Source of the DNA: an uncultured Verrucomicrobiae bacterium
Lineage (GTDB): Bacteria > Chlamydiota > Chlamydiia > Chlamydiales > Rhabdochlamydiaceae
Direction: 5' to 3'
NCBI GenBank assembly: GCA_963718565.1
Contig: OY970364.1
Location: 1,184,001-1,248,000 of the forward strand
DNA: 64,000 nt
In this document: positions 17,297 through 28,258 of the stretch, in pieces
Layout of the letters: each line of letters begins with the position of its first letter
Position numbering within the stretch: the first letter of the stretch is position 1
Program-made: the position numbers and the translations under genes
Notes under the pieces: generated by a model
Told to the model about the DNA's origin: nothing
Seen by the model: the letters and a program-made list of their open reading frames with translations, nothing else
The model's database searches: none

Positions 17297-18865
17297 ATGA
17301 CTGAGCCAGAGTATCATAGGCACGAAGAGTTTATTAATAGAACCCACAAGCTTGCAGAAGTACAAGCTTTGGGAATGGACCCTTATCCACCCCAGTTTTC
17401 TCCCAGTGCAACTTTTGGCGAGTTGACTTCTCAGTGGGAAGGCAAAGAACTAGGGCATAGCGAAGAAGCAGCTGAAGAAAAAACGGAGTCTGTAAAAGTT
17501 GCTGGCAGGCTTGTGCTTTTCCGTGCAATGGGTAAAAATGCCTTTGCCCATCTGCAAGATGAAACCGGCCGGATTCAGATCATGTTCAACCGCGATTTGA
17601 CCCAAGTCGAAGGGTTTCACCTCACTCCTGAGATGTCCCCGATTAAATGGATCGAAAAAAAAATTGACCTTGGCGACATTCTCGGCGTTGAAGGAAATCT
17701 CTTTCGCACACAAAAGGGAGAATTGACCGTTTTTGCAAAACGTGTCACATTGCTTTGCAAAACACTGCTTCCCTTGCCAGATAAACACAGTGGACTTGCC
17801 GATAAAGGAGTGCGTTATCGCAAACGTTGGCTTGACCTGATCGCTCATCCTGAAGTCGTGCATACGTTTCAAACGCGCTCGCGTATTCTTCAATGGGTTC
17901 GTCAATATTTTGAGCGGCTCGGCTTTATGGAAGTAGAAACACCTGTTTTGCAAAATGTCTATGGGGGAGCTCAGGCCAAGCCATTCATTACCAAACTCAA
18001 CGCCCTGGAACAAGAAATGTTTTTAAGGATCTCTCTTGAGATCCCTTTAAAAAAACTGATTGTCGGAGGCCTGCTCAAAGTTTTTGAAATGGGTAAAGTT
18101 TTCCGCAACGAGGGAATCGACCGAACTCATAATCCAGAGTTCACAGAGCTTGAAGCTTATGCTGCCTATTGGGATTACAACGACATGATGGTTTTGACCG
18201 AAAACTTATTCGAAGAGATCGCGATAAAGCTCTTTGGAACGACCAAACTCTCCTTTAAATCGGAAGAGGGCATTGAAAAAACCATCGATATAAAAGCCCC
18301 CTGGAAGCGCCTATCGATGAAAGAGAGCATCAAGCTCTACGCTAATCTTGATGTCGATCAGTTACATGTGGAACAAATGCGCAAAATTCTTCTTGATAAT
18401 GGCACAGTGGATCCCAAAGAAATCCACACAGCCACGCGAGGCCCTTTAATTGCATTACTCTTCGAAGAATTTGTCGAAGAGCATTTGATCCAACCCCATC
18501 ATATCATCGATCATCCCATTGAAACGACCCCCCTTTGCAAATTGCATCGCGATCCGCAATTGCGCCAGGAGCGTTTTGTCGAGCGATTTGAGACCTTTAT
18601 CCTAGGAGCAGAATTCTGCAATTCCTATACAGAACTCAATGATCCCGTTCTACAACGCAATCTTCTTGTCGAACAGGCGCAAAGGAAAGCTGCTGGCGAT
18701 GAAGAGGCCTCACCCCTCGATGAGGAGTTCATTGAAGCGATTTGTCAAGGCTTGCCTCCAACGGGCGGACTTGGGATCGGCATCGACCGACTCGTGATGC
18801 TCTTTACAGGGGTTCATTCCATCCGAGATATCCTTCTCTTTCCTCTGATGCGTCCTGGAGAATGA
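17297..18865 (+). CDS. lysS: Lysine--tRNA ligase (class II)
   Basis: VAGRL, RYRKRWLDLI, YGGAQAKPF, FRNEGIDRTHNPEF, GLPPTGGLGIGIDRLVM; start could be 17261. Confidence 0.97.
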   Translation: MTEPEYHRHEEFINRTHKLAEVQALGMDPYPPQFSPSATFGELTSQWEGKELGHSEEAAEEKTESVKVAGRLVLFRAMGKNAFAHLQDETGRIQIMFNRDLTQVEGFHLTPEMSPIKWIEKKIDLGDILGVEGNLFRTQKGELTVFAKRVTLLCKTLLPLPDKHSGLADKGVRYRKRWLDLIAHPEVVHTFQTRSRILQWVRQYFERLGFMEVETPVLQNVYGGAQAKPFITKLNALEQEMFLRISLEIPLKKLIVGGLLKVFEMGKVFRNEGIDRTHNPEFTELEAYAAYWDYNDMMVLTENLFEEIAIKLFGTTKLSFKSEEGIEKTIDIKAPWKRLSMKESIKLYANLDVDQLHVEQMRKILLDNGTVDPKEIHTATRGPLIALLFEEFVEEHLIQPHHIIDHPIETTPLCKLHRDPQLRQERFVERFETFILGAEFCNSYTELNDPVLQRNLLVEQAQRKAAGDEEASPLDEEFIEAICQGLPPTGGLGIGIDRLVMLFTGVHSIRDILLFPLMRPGE

Positions 18866-18970
18866 CTCCTCGTTGACAACAACGATTACAACTTATTTAG
18901 AATGAGCATCTTGTGAAATTTGCACAAAATGCTTGATTAGTATAAAATGAAGTTAAACTTCGGTTTAGTC

Positions 18971-20140
18971 ATGTTTAAACGGCAAATTGCAGGAGAGCTT
19001 AAAAAAATAGCAAAGGATTATCCGGTTGTCACAGTCATCGGACCTCGACAATCTGGTAAAACGACTCTTGTTCAGGATGTATTTTCCAAAAAATCTTATG
19101 TAAACCTTGAAAATCCAGATACAAGGAAACTTGCTCTGGAAGATCCAAGGGGATTTTTAGAGCAACATCCTGAAGGTGCTATCCTAGATGAAATTCAACG
19201 AGCCCCCGAGCTGCTTTCCTATATCCAGACAATTGTAGATAAAAAAAACCAAAAAGGGCTTTTCATTCTTACCGGAAGCCATCAATGTGAGCTGCAGCAA
19301 GCAATTACCCAATCTTTAGCGGGCCGCACAGCACTTTTAACATTATTGCCCATGAGTATAGATGAACTGTTAAATGCAGGTTTTGACCTATCTCTAGATG
19401 ATATGTTACTTAAAGGGGGGTACCCTCGTATCTATAAAGATCGTTTAGACCCAACAAAAGCTTATCGAAACTACTTTCAGACTTATGTTGAGAGGGATCT
19501 CCGCCAATTAATTCATGTGAAAGATCTGGCGCAATTTGAAAGATTCATACGCATTTGCGCTGGAAGAATTGGACAAATCCTTAACCTAGAGGAAATTGGA
19601 GGGGAAGTAGGAGTTTCTTCTCATACGGTTAAGCATTGGATTTCGATGTTAGAAGCTTCTTTTATTGTTTTTCGTCTTCAGCCCTATTTTGATAATTTTG
19701 GTAAACGGATTATTAAAGCTCCTAAGCTATTTTTCACCGATGTTGGGCTTGCGACCTATTTGCTTGGAATTGAAAATACACTTCAAGTCAGCCGCGATCC
19801 CTTAAGAGGGCATCTTGTGGAAAACCTTGTAGTCCTCGAACTGATGAAATGGAGACTGAACCAGAGTCTAGATCCTCAACTTTATTATTATCGTGATGTC
19901 CAGAAAAATGAGGTAGATGTCATTTTTAAGAATGGGGCTGATTTAATTCCAATCGAGATTAAATCTTCGAAAACTTACAATTCAGAATTTTTAAAAAAAC
20001 TCCATTTCTTTCAGAGTCTTGCAAAAGATCGTGCACCCAGGGGATATCTCATCTATGCGGGTGAACAACAACAGGCCATTCAGAACATTTATCTTCTCAA
20101 TTATAGACGCGCTGTTCTTGCTGTTTCCTCGAAATCTTGA
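18971..20140 (+). CDS. AAA-family ATPase with DUF4143 C-terminal domain
   Basis: GPRQSGKTT, ILDEIQRAPEL, ILTGS, SLAGR, GGYP, PKLFFTDVG, EVD..PIEIKS. Confidence 0.9.
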   Translation: MFKRQIAGELKKIAKDYPVVTVIGPRQSGKTTLVQDVFSKKSYVNLENPDTRKLALEDPRGFLEQHPEGAILDEIQRAPELLSYIQTIVDKKNQKGLFILTGSHQCELQQAITQSLAGRTALLTLLPMSIDELLNAGFDLSLDDMLLKGGYPRIYKDRLDPTKAYRNYFQTYVERDLRQLIHVKDLAQFERFIRICAGRIGQILNLEEIGGEVGVSSHTVKHWISMLEASFIVFRLQPYFDNFGKRIIKAPKLFFTDVGLATYLLGIENTLQVSRDPLRGHLVENLVVLELMKWRLNQSLDPQLYYYRDVQKNEVDVIFKNGADLIPIEIKSSKTYNSEFLKKLHFFQSLAKDRAPRGYLIYAGEQQQAIQNIYLLNYRRAVLAVSSKS

Positions 20141-20180
20141 TGGGAAAAGGGCGATTTTGGGTACGTCCTTAAAAACTTAT

Positions 20181-20271
20181 GGCAAAAGTTGAAGACCATT
20201 TTGATCCATGCCAAACTTACCACTTATCGATCTTGATTGGGCACGGATCGAAATGGTCTTCAACTTTTGCC
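20181..20271. repeat. Long imperfect hairpin
   Basis: GGCAAAAGTTGAAGACCATTT.GATCC.TGCC / GGCACGGATCGAAATGGTCTTCAACTTTTGCC. Confidence 0.75.
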
Positions 20272-20982
20272 AGAGTCTTCAAGGAAGTTAATGTACGTGC
20301 TACCAGTCAAGGTGTGGCCGGAGAGGCTGTTTGATAACGCTCATGAACAAATTGTGCTAAATCGATCGGATCCCATCGAAACCACCGACTCAAATACTCC
20401 CAAAAGCTCACGCCAAGTCTGGCGCATGTCTGCCTCAAGGTTTTTTAGACGGGCTCTGTGAGTCGACGCGAAAAGGGACCCGCCAATCGAGACGAAGTCC
20501 GGGCGGGAGTGAGCGCACGAACAGCCAATCAGGTTTTGTGAATTTGGACTAGAGCAAGGCAAAGCACAATCGAAAAATTTTTATATTAGACATAATGTTA
20601 GAGTAAAACAGAGATTGACAGTATATAAATAAATGTACTAATATAGATTACAGATAATAAAAAAATTGGAGAAAAAAATGAGTTTACAGTCTATCAATTA
20701 TCCTTACAAAGTCGCGGAACTAAATCAAAATTTTATTGATAGAATAAAAGGTTTAAAATCCAATGACATACGGGTAAATCTTTTTATTGGCAGATCGCCC
20801 TCAGGAAATGACTTGCCTTTGCCAATGTCGAGTGCAAAAGAAGTTTGGATTTCTTTATCTGTCGATCGCATTGATGAAAATGCTTTCCTCGACCCAAATC
20901 GCATTCATTTAATTCTTGACTGCAACGCATCCGATCAAATGCAAAAAATTCAAGGTCTATTTCGACTTGTCGTTATTGATCT

Positions 20983-22283
20983 CAGGGCCATTTAACTAAA
21001 AATTTTTGATACCAGATCAGCTAAGATGGCATAATAAATTCCTCAAATTTGGAGGACCTATTATGTCACGCCGTAAGCCAATCGACGCCACAATCCTAGA
21101 AGCTAGTAAGAATTTTGATGCCCGTGTATTCGCGGAAACCGTCAAGGGAGAGTTTGCAGATTTCCCTGATTATCGACGTAATCAAAAACGTGTCTTATAT
21201 CCAGTTTGGTATTTGACTCTTGTTATTCTCTGCGGATTCTTTTGTGGATGCAATACGATTGAGGAAATCGCTGAATATGTTTCTCTGCAGGAGGAGTGGT
21301 TTTCTTCTCTGCTAGGTGAGGAGCTCTCAGCACCTTCCCATGGAGCGCTCTGGTGGTTTTTAGTGAAAACACCCCCTGGTGCGCTCAAGCACTACTTGCA
21401 AAAATGGTTCAGCAAAATTCCTGCTTCATTGCGCGATCAGCTATTGGCGATCGATGGTAAACGGATGAAAGGCGCAAATTTCCTAGGCGGTGTCACACAC
21501 GTAGTGGAGCTATTCGCAGCGGAGGATCGATTATGTCTTGCCGTGGAAAAGGTCCCAAATAAAACAGTCGAAAAGAGCACGTTACCAATCATTTTGGAGC
21601 AAGTGAATGTAGAGGGGGCGATTATTTCAGGAGATGCACATTTCACCGTAGCCGAATCGGCAGAACAAATCGTTGATGCGAAGGCAGATTATCTGCTGGC
21701 TGTTAAGGACAACCAGCCAACGCTGTGCGCTGAAATGGAGAATTTTTTTGATCAAGCTCACGCAGTCGAATGGGAGGAAGTCCCCCATTCGTTTCACCAG
21801 GAAGTAGATAAAGGCCATGGTCGAATCGACATTCGAGAAGTACGAGTCGTCGAGGACCTGGACTGGTTGCCAAATGCGGGCAAATGGAAAAACTTAGTCT
21901 GTCTCATCGAAGTAAGGTCCACGAGGCAAAAACTTGGATCTACTGCCAATGAGGTATTTAGACGGCTATATATTTCGAGTCGTCGAGCATCTGCCAAAGA
22001 TTTTGCTAAATGGACCCGACAGCACTGGAGCATAGAAAACAAATGCCATTGGGTAGCTGATGTGATTTTTGAAGAGGATTATGCATTGACGGATAGAGGG
22101 AATAGTGCGGAGAACATGGGGTTGTTTCGACGTTTGGCTATGAACATGGCTGCAGTTGTAGATCCAGAAAGGGGGCTCGCCTCCGTAAGGCGCGCAGCAA
22201 CTTTCGGTGGTGGGTACTTAAAGGGAATTTTGGCAACATTTTTCTGTTCGAAAATGTCAAAACATTTTAGTTAAATGGCCCTG
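20983..22283 (+). mobile_element. ISAs1-family insertion sequence
   Basis: IRs CAGGGCCATTTAACTAAAA; 10-bp TSD TTATTGATCT (20973-20982, 22284-22293). Confidence 0.95.
21063..22274 (+). CDS. ISAs1-family transposase
   Basis: LAIDGK, ISGDA, DYLLAVKDNQP, KGHGRIDIR, RQHWSIENKCHW. Confidence 0.95.
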   Translation: MSRRKPIDATILEASKNFDARVFAETVKGEFADFPDYRRNQKRVLYPVWYLTLVILCGFFCGCNTIEEIAEYVSLQEEWFSSLLGEELSAPSHGALWWFLVKTPPGALKHYLQKWFSKIPASLRDQLLAIDGKRMKGANFLGGVTHVVELFAAEDRLCLAVEKVPNKTVEKSTLPIILEQVNVEGAIISGDAHFTVAESAEQIVDAKADYLLAVKDNQPTLCAEMENFFDQAHAVEWEEVPHSFHQEVDKGHGRIDIREVRVVEDLDWLPNAGKWKNLVCLIEVRSTRQKLGSTANEVFRRLYISSRRASAKDFAKWTRQHWSIENKCHWVADVIFEEDYALTDRGNSAENMGLFRRLAMNMAAVVDPERGLASVRRAATFGGGYLKGILATFFCSKMSKHFS

Positions 22284-22868
22284 TTATTGATCTTTCAACC
22301 ACTAAATTTTTCGATCTTGGCACATTGGAACTCATCAACCTGACTGTTGAGTCAGGAGGCAGTTTGATTCTTCCTAGTGAATTTCGAACGTTCACTCGTT
22401 ATAACCAAATAGAACCTCAATTTAAAACGGATCATTTTTCACTATCAGTACCTTGTACTAAAGAAAACCATTATAATGAAAAATTAAAAAAATGCCGGGA
22501 AAAATATTTCGAAAAATTATCTGGAAAAAAAGTTGAGAATTCTTCCACAGATGCTAACCTTGAATTAGTCATTAACTCCGATGATTATAGAACTTGGGCC
22601 AAGACGAAAACTTTTGCCAAAGGGGCAACTCCAAAAGACTGTGTCATTGAATATTTGCGCTTTTATGCAGGAAATTGTGGTATTCAGCCTCCATCCTATG
22701 AAGACGAAAAAAATAGTGCCCGAGAACAGACAAAAAGATCATTGCTTGAATCATTTGATCATGTTGAAATTTGCCATCAAAGCTATCCCTACCCTAATCG
22801 CTATGATAATAATGGCACAACTCCTAGCTTCTACTTTCATGCTTCAGGAAAAAAATGAACTGACACTC

Positions 22869-23132
22869 TTATCTTTTACCAGCACACTCCTTGAGAAGGC
22901 CTTGGACAAGTCGAAGACCATGGTCTGTCAGATACACGGCACTCCCTTCTCCTTTCTTGATGAAATTGGCCTGGGCAAGATCCCGCGCAATCACATCGGC
23001 TCCACGGTCGTTTTGACCAATGGCGCGACCAATCATAAACCGATCGACTTCTAATTGAATATCGCCAGATTGACATGCTAATTCATGAAGTTTTAAGAGA
23101 AAGAGTTCATCTTTGGTTGTTTTTTGGTTCAT
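22869..23132 (-). CDS. Small hypothetical protein (winged-helix-like), coupled to cysS
   Basis: ATGA overlap with cysS stop; LAQANFIKK..VYLTDHG. Confidence 0.75.
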   Translation of the reverse strand: MNQKTTKDELFLLKLHELACQSGDIQLEVDRFMIGRAIGQNDRGADVIARDLAQANFIKKGEGSAVYLTDHGLRLVQGLLKECAGKR

Positions 23133-24583
23133 ATTCCCTTCTTTTTTAGTCTGACGCCATGCGGAGTATCTTCGATGATGTAACCTCGAGATTGGATAAG
23201 ATCTCGACATTCATCCGCTAATTTCCAGTTTTTTTCCACACGTGCGGTTTCTCTTTTTTTAAGTACTTCCTCAAGTTCCGGAAGCGCCGGTTCTTCAGGT
23301 TTTAATGGAAGCACTCCTAAAACTTGATCGATCTTAGCAAGAAAATCCATCACATCCTCTGCCTCAGAAATTCCGATTTTTCTCAGGTCACATAGCATGT
23401 TGACCTCGCGCACCATGTCGAAAATTGCAGCCAAAGCAGGCGAGATATTGAGGTCATCAGCCAAATGTGCCATAAATTGGTCCGTTGTCTTTTCTAAAAG
23501 AGGTAGAATGAATCCCCGATCTTTTTTCACATCGAGAGCTTCATGCGTTTTTTCGCGCCGAATATCCTGCAGGCGCAAAACAAAGTCAGAAAGCCGTGTT
23601 AGAGTCTGTGCTGCAGCATCAAGTCCTGCCAAAGTAAAGTTGAGCTGAGTGCGATAATGAGTCTGAAGCAACATGTAACGGACCTGCCCACCTGCATAGC
23701 CTTTGTTCATGAGATCGCGAAGAGTATAAAAATTCCCTAAACTCTTTGACATCTTCTTATGGTCGACGAGGAGATGTTCCACGTGAAGCCAATGTTTGAC
23801 AAAATTGCAAGAAGTATATCCTTCGGATTGAGCAATTTCATTTTCATGGTGTGGGAACATATTATCAACGCCACCGACATGGATATCGATTGTCTCTCCG
23901 AGCAGTTTCATTGCCATTGCGGAACATTCGATATGCCAACCGGGACGGCCTTTTCCAAATGGACTTTCCCAAAAAATATCACCATCGCGCACACGATCAT
24001 AGGCTTTCCAAAGGACAAAGTCGCTGATGTTTTCTTTGTCATACTCATCCGCAGCAACGCGTTTCGAAGCGCCCGCCTTCAATTCGTTTAAATGCAAATG
24101 AGAAAGCCTGCCGTAGGATGGAAATTTAGCAATTGCAAAATAGATGCTTCCGTCATGACCGCGATAAGCCAGACCTTTTTCAATGAGCCTCTGAGTGATT
24201 GTGATCATTTCAGGAATATAATCTGTTGCTTGCGGATAATGTTCGACGTGTTCGATGCCAAGAGCCTTTAAGTCTTCAAAAAAAGCATCTTTAAAGGGCT
24301 GTGTGAAAGCATCGAGGGATATCTTTTTTTCAAGAGCTCCCTTAATCGTCTTATCATCCACATCGGTGAGGTTCATCGCCTGCACGATCGAAAAGCCAAA
24401 AAGTTTTATCGCACGGCGCAGCAGATCTTCAAAGACATAAGTGCGAAAGTTGCCGATATGTGCAAAATGATACACAGTAGGACCGCAAGTATACATGCGA
24501 ATGGTTCGGCCATCTGAAGGGCGGATCTCTTCTTTTTCTCGACTTTCTGTATTGTAAAGTTTTAATTTTCTTCCCTGTATCAT
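23129..24583 (-). CDS. cysS: Cysteine--tRNA ligase
   Basis: CGPTVY, HIGN, GRPGWHIECSAM, KMSKSLGN. Confidence 0.97.
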   Translation of the reverse strand: MIQGRKLKLYNTESREKEEIRPSDGRTIRMYTCGPTVYHFAHIGNFRTYVFEDLLRRAIKLFGFSIVQAMNLTDVDDKTIKGALEKKISLDAFTQPFKDAFFEDLKALGIEHVEHYPQATDYIPEMITITQRLIEKGLAYRGHDGSIYFAIAKFPSYGRLSHLHLNELKAGASKRVAADEYDKENISDFVLWKAYDRVRDGDIFWESPFGKGRPGWHIECSAMAMKLLGETIDIHVGGVDNMFPHHENEIAQSEGYTSCNFVKHWLHVEHLLVDHKKMSKSLGNFYTLRDLMNKGYAGGQVRYMLLQTHYRTQLNFTLAGLDAAAQTLTRLSDFVLRLQDIRREKTHEALDVKKDRGFILPLLEKTTDQFMAHLADDLNISPALAAIFDMVREVNMLCDLRKIGISEAEDVMDFLAKIDQVLGVLPLKPEEPALPELEEVLKKRETARVEKNWKLADECRDLIQSRGYIIEDTPHGVRLKKKGI

Positions 24584-24590
24584 TTGAATT

Positions 24591-27293
24591 CTACTCAGCT
24601 AATTCGTCTAAGAGACGATAATGCGTTTTACCTGTGCCGGTCAAGGGAATCTGATCAAGAGTGCGCACCTCGGAAATCTTGACGATCCTTCCCATCCCAC
24701 TACTTTTAAGCGCTGAATTGACATCTTCTTTAGAAATGGCAAAGATCGTATACAAGATAATCACTGGCTTTTCCGTTTCTTTTTCACGCACGCTGACTGC
24801 TAGCGCAGGTCCCTCTTCATGCCCCGTGATCCAACGTCTTTCTCGAGCAAGGTGCATGAGCTCATCCTCGATCCCGCCTAAGCTGATCATTTCGCCTCCA
24901 ATTTTTATAAATCGCTTTAGACGTCCCGACAAGATCAAATGCCCCTCTTCACTTAAAAGTCCGCGATCTCCGGATGCATACCAACGTTGATTATTGATGG
25001 TGACAAATGGGTCACGTGGATTCCCTAAATAGCCGTTGAAGACGTTGGGACCCGCAATGCATACCTCTCCTTCCTGCCCAGGGGGAAGCGATTGAAGAGA
25101 AGCTGAATCCATGATCATCAGATCTACGCCAAGAAGCGGTTTGCCTACTCCTCTATGCGGCTCGCCAAGGCGATCAATTGTCACAACTGGACTACATTCG
25201 GTAATCCCATATCCTTCCAGAAACTGTACCTTAGGTAAATGCTCCTTTGCATAATCGAAGAGCTCTTGCGGAGTCTTTTCCGCACCTGAGACGATGATGT
25301 GTAAAGAGTGCAACTGCTCGGGCTTAGACACACGAAAAATTGCTTTAATAAAACTCGGGGCGCAGCAGAACAATGTCGGTTTCCACTCAGCGATCTCCCG
25401 AGCCAGGCCATGGCTGTCATTGGGATTCGGCGAAAAATAAACCCGCATTCCAATTAAAAGTGGGTACAGTCCGGTGACTGAAAAACCAAAAGAATGAAAC
25501 GGCGGTAGAGTGCCAAGAAGAATCTCTTCTGGAAGCAGAGGGACTGTTGCGAGGCAAGCGCGCTGATTGCTGAGTAGATTAAAATGAGAAAGAGGAACAC
25601 CCTTGGGAAGGGCCTCGGTTCCGCTTGTAAATAAGATCACTGCAGGGTCGGAAGAGGAAATCTGGTGAAGATGTAATCTCTTTAATAAACTTCTCAGAGA
25701 TATCATGCTTAATGCAAGGGCACGAAGCTTGTCTCCGAAACTCACACTTTTGCGGACATCTTCGAGAAAAAGGAACATCTCTTCAATTTTTCCCAGTTCG
25801 TCATTTTCTAATCGATCGAGGAAACGCGAAGAGGTAATCACTACCTTAAGTTCGGTAAGATCTGCTGCATGGTCGAGCGCTTTGACGCCTGATGTCCAAT
25901 TTATCATCACAGGCACTTTTCCAGAAAAAAGAACTGCGAGAATAACCAAATATGCTCCTGAGGTGGAGGGTAGCATGATTCCAATATGCTTGCCGGGTAA
26001 TTTTCTAAATTTATCCGAAAGTAAAAGAACGGCTAATTTCAATTTTCGATACGTGAGTGGTCCAGATAAAGCATCGCAACAAGCAATTAAGGACCTATTG
26101 CGATCTACACTGTGCAAAAACGCCTCCTGAACTGTTTTTCCCGATGGAAGTTCAAGAGGAAGGCGTTTTTCTTCAGGCCAAGCATATTTTCGCTCCGCGG
26201 CTACGGATTCTTCATCTTCGCGTCCTCGTTTATAGCCAGCTGCTGCCTGTAATACATCTTCGACCGTATGCAAATCTCCCGGCAATAAATTGCTGATGGC
26301 ATAGCGTTCGTCCAAAAACAGATAAAGATTGGCGACGTCGAGTGAATCTAAGCCTAAATCATGAGAAAGGTGCATTTTGCGCTCGATTTTCTCTGCGGGT
26401 CTTCCGCAAAAGGATGCTAAATGCGAAAAAACTTCTTCCTGAATTTTTTTAGGAACAGAACGTTCTTCTATTGGCTGTGGCTGGCTTGTTGGAATGTAAA
26501 CCTTAGGCAGTTCTTTTTTCCAAAAAGCATAAGAAACAAGTTTGAGCGGCTCAGGGCCTTTTTCTGGATAACGATTGTACCAATCTTCCAAAGACTTATT
26601 AAATTCAAGACGAGAACCTTGAAAAGGAAAATCAGCAGGAGGAGGTTCCGCTTCGACGATCACATCCCGTTTTGGCGCAAAGAAGATTCCATTTTTAAGC
26701 AAGATTTTCACACATTCCCAAAGAACTTTGCCAAAATCTGGGGAAGCGCCTGTCAATGCGCGCGAGAATTTGCTCCCCCAAAGCCCTGTTGTCCGAATCA
26801 ACACGAGATTTACTTCAGGGCAAACTTGCAGTAAGTGATGGACAAAGGAAGCACCTCCAATCAGCTCCATCCCTGTCTGTTTAAGGCGCCCAGAAGGGTA
26901 GATCAAAAAGTTTTTTTTGTTTTTTAATTCGTCAATGACTTGATTCAACTGTTTTTCCACTTTCTTGCCGCGCCATTTGTTAGCCATGGCGTCCATAGTC
27001 GGTAAAGGCATTGCTTTGACCATGTCCATGAAAAAACGAAATCCTTTCAGATGGTAAAAATGTTCCACAACAAGAGGTCTGGGGCGGAATGTGCGCCAGA
27101 GGATCATTTCTAGAAGGATAGGATCGATTTCTGCGGGATGGTTAGGCAAAAAAACGATGCCCCCAGAACGTTTAAATGAATCAAGGGTCAGTTTATCTAT
27201 TCCTTTGACAACCAACCGGTATCTTAGAGCCACAACGAGGCGGACAAGCCAGAATATCAGATACAGTCCTGCAGTGGTCACTTTTTCTCTCAT
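24591..27293 (-). CDS. aas: Acyltransferase-ACP-acyl-ACP synthetase fusion
   Basis: NHPAEID (PlsC HxxxxD), DLGLDSLD (ACP Ser), FTSGTEALPKG, EGYGITECSP, LTGTGK. Confidence 0.9.
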   Translation of the reverse strand: MREKVTTAGLYLIFWLVRLVVALRYRLVVKGIDKLTLDSFKRSGGIVFLPNHPAEIDPILLEMILWRTFRPRPLVVEHFYHLKGFRFFMDMVKAMPLPTMDAMANKWRGKKVEKQLNQVIDELKNKKNFLIYPSGRLKQTGMELIGGASFVHHLLQVCPEVNLVLIRTTGLWGSKFSRALTGASPDFGKVLWECVKILLKNGIFFAPKRDVIVEAEPPPADFPFQGSRLEFNKSLEDWYNRYPEKGPEPLKLVSYAFWKKELPKVYIPTSQPQPIEERSVPKKIQEEVFSHLASFCGRPAEKIERKMHLSHDLGLDSLDVANLYLFLDERYAISNLLPGDLHTVEDVLQAAAGYKRGREDEESVAAERKYAWPEEKRLPLELPSGKTVQEAFLHSVDRNRSLIACCDALSGPLTYRKLKLAVLLLSDKFRKLPGKHIGIMLPSTSGAYLVILAVLFSGKVPVMINWTSGVKALDHAADLTELKVVITSSRFLDRLENDELGKIEEMFLFLEDVRKSVSFGDKLRALALSMISLRSLLKRLHLHQISSSDPAVILFTSGTEALPKGVPLSHFNLLSNQRACLATVPLLPEEILLGTLPPFHSFGFSVTGLYPLLIGMRVYFSPNPNDSHGLAREIAEWKPTLFCCAPSFIKAIFRVSKPEQLHSLHIIVSGAEKTPQELFDYAKEHLPKVQFLEGYGITECSPVVTIDRLGEPHRGVGKPLLGVDLMIMDSASLQSLPPGQEGEVCIAGPNVFNGYLGNPRDPFVTINNQRWYASGDRGLLSEEGHLILSGRLKRFIKIGGEMISLGGIEDELMHLARERRWITGHEEGPALAVSVREKETEKPVIILYTIFAISKEDVNSALKSSGMGRIVKISEVRTLDQIPLTGTGKTHYRLLDELAE

Positions 27294-27471
27294 CAGCAAC
27301 ACCTTTTTAAGACGTATTTTAAAATAAAGCAAAAATCTATTCCAGCAAGAACTATAGTATAACTAGCACGCATGACTTATAAGCAAGATGTAATTATAGG
27401 TCATAAATACAGTTTGACATAATAATTCCACAGATGTAATAATGAGCTTTAATTAGACTTTGTTTATAATC

Positions 27472-27717
27472 GTGAAAAAAAATCGAACAACCTCGGGTTT
27501 TTCTGAAAAATCTTTTTCCGTCGCCTTTGAACAGATAGCCACACTTCTGCGCTCAGAGGTAAAATGGAAGGATAGATTTACCCAAGTCTTCTCCCCCAGT
27601 TCTTTACCTGCGTCTTTTACTCACTGTTTTAAACAAATTGCTAAACTCCTTCGCTCAGAGCTCCTATCTTCAAAAAAGCCTTCAAAACGAAAGACCACTC
27701 GGTTTATACCGAAATGA
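27472..27717 (+). CDS. Small basic hypothetical protein with internal repeat
   Basis: FEQIATLLRSE / FKQIAKLLRSE; stop supplied by the family C terminus (TATACCGAAATGA); start uncertain. Confidence 0.45.
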   Translation: MKKNRTTSGFSEKSFSVAFEQIATLLRSEVKWKDRFTQVFSPSSLPASFTHCFKQIAKLLRSELLSSKKPSKRKTTRFIPK

Positions 27718-27738
27718 ACTCAAGGTTTGTATCGGATA
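27705..27738. repeat. Collapsed family C element
   Basis: TATACCGAAATGAACTCAAG..TCGGATA. Confidence 0.7.
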
Positions 27739-27985
27739 CAGGAATAAAGGGTTGTTAACGATTTATAACCTCCGCGGCTCTGCGTCTTTGCGTTGATCCC
27801 CTGCCGACTGTGTTCGTACAGGCGTTACAGGGGGCTAAAAAAACCAATTTTTGAAGTTTCTTCAGTATATTAAGAAATAATTAAGATTAAAATTAAGAAA
27901 TAAAACTTATTCCGTTAAATCTTTGAATTTTTATAATCACGAGACACAAAGAAGTTCTTGTTCTTTTTTAAAATCAGGAGGAATT

Positions 27986-28240
27986 ATGATTGAAAGAGCT
28001 GCGGGTCAGCAACCTGCAAAACCTGTCACACCACCTACCCAGCCTGCGCGAGTAGATACAGGAGAGATGCCTCAGGAGTTAGTACATGTCACTAAAGATA
28101 TTCAAAATTTCATAGACCGAAAGGGACATAGCTTGCTTGGAGCGGGAACACCCCATGAATACTCTAACCGACCTATTGGAGACTTAAACAGAGTATCTCG
28201 ATTCATCTCGAGTGTCATTGTGCACAATAAGAAACCTTGA
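27986..28240 (+). CDS. Hypothetical protein with Pro-rich N-terminus
   Basis: AGGAGG RBS before ATG 27986. Confidence 0.65.
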   Translation: MIERAAGQQPAKPVTPPTQPARVDTGEMPQELVHVTKDIQNFIDRKGHSLLGAGTPHEYSNRPIGDLNRVSRFISSVIVHNKKP

Positions 28241-28258
28241 CCCGGATAGAGAAAACAC

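Larger units (their letters stand above)
20678..22858 (+). pseudogene. Hypothetical gene split by ISAs1
   Basis: Removing the IS and one TSD rejoins 20678-20982 and 22294-22858 in frame (..LVVIDLSTTKFFDLGTLELINL..), 289 aa. Confidence 0.85.

Noticed and set aside
18971..20140. AAA+DUF4143 gene as part of a defence system
   Set aside because: Common stand-alone family; no partner defence genes adjacent
23510..23540. Possible repeat-derived insertion in cysS (LDVKKDRG)
   Set aside because: No second copy found in the window; needs an orthologue alignment
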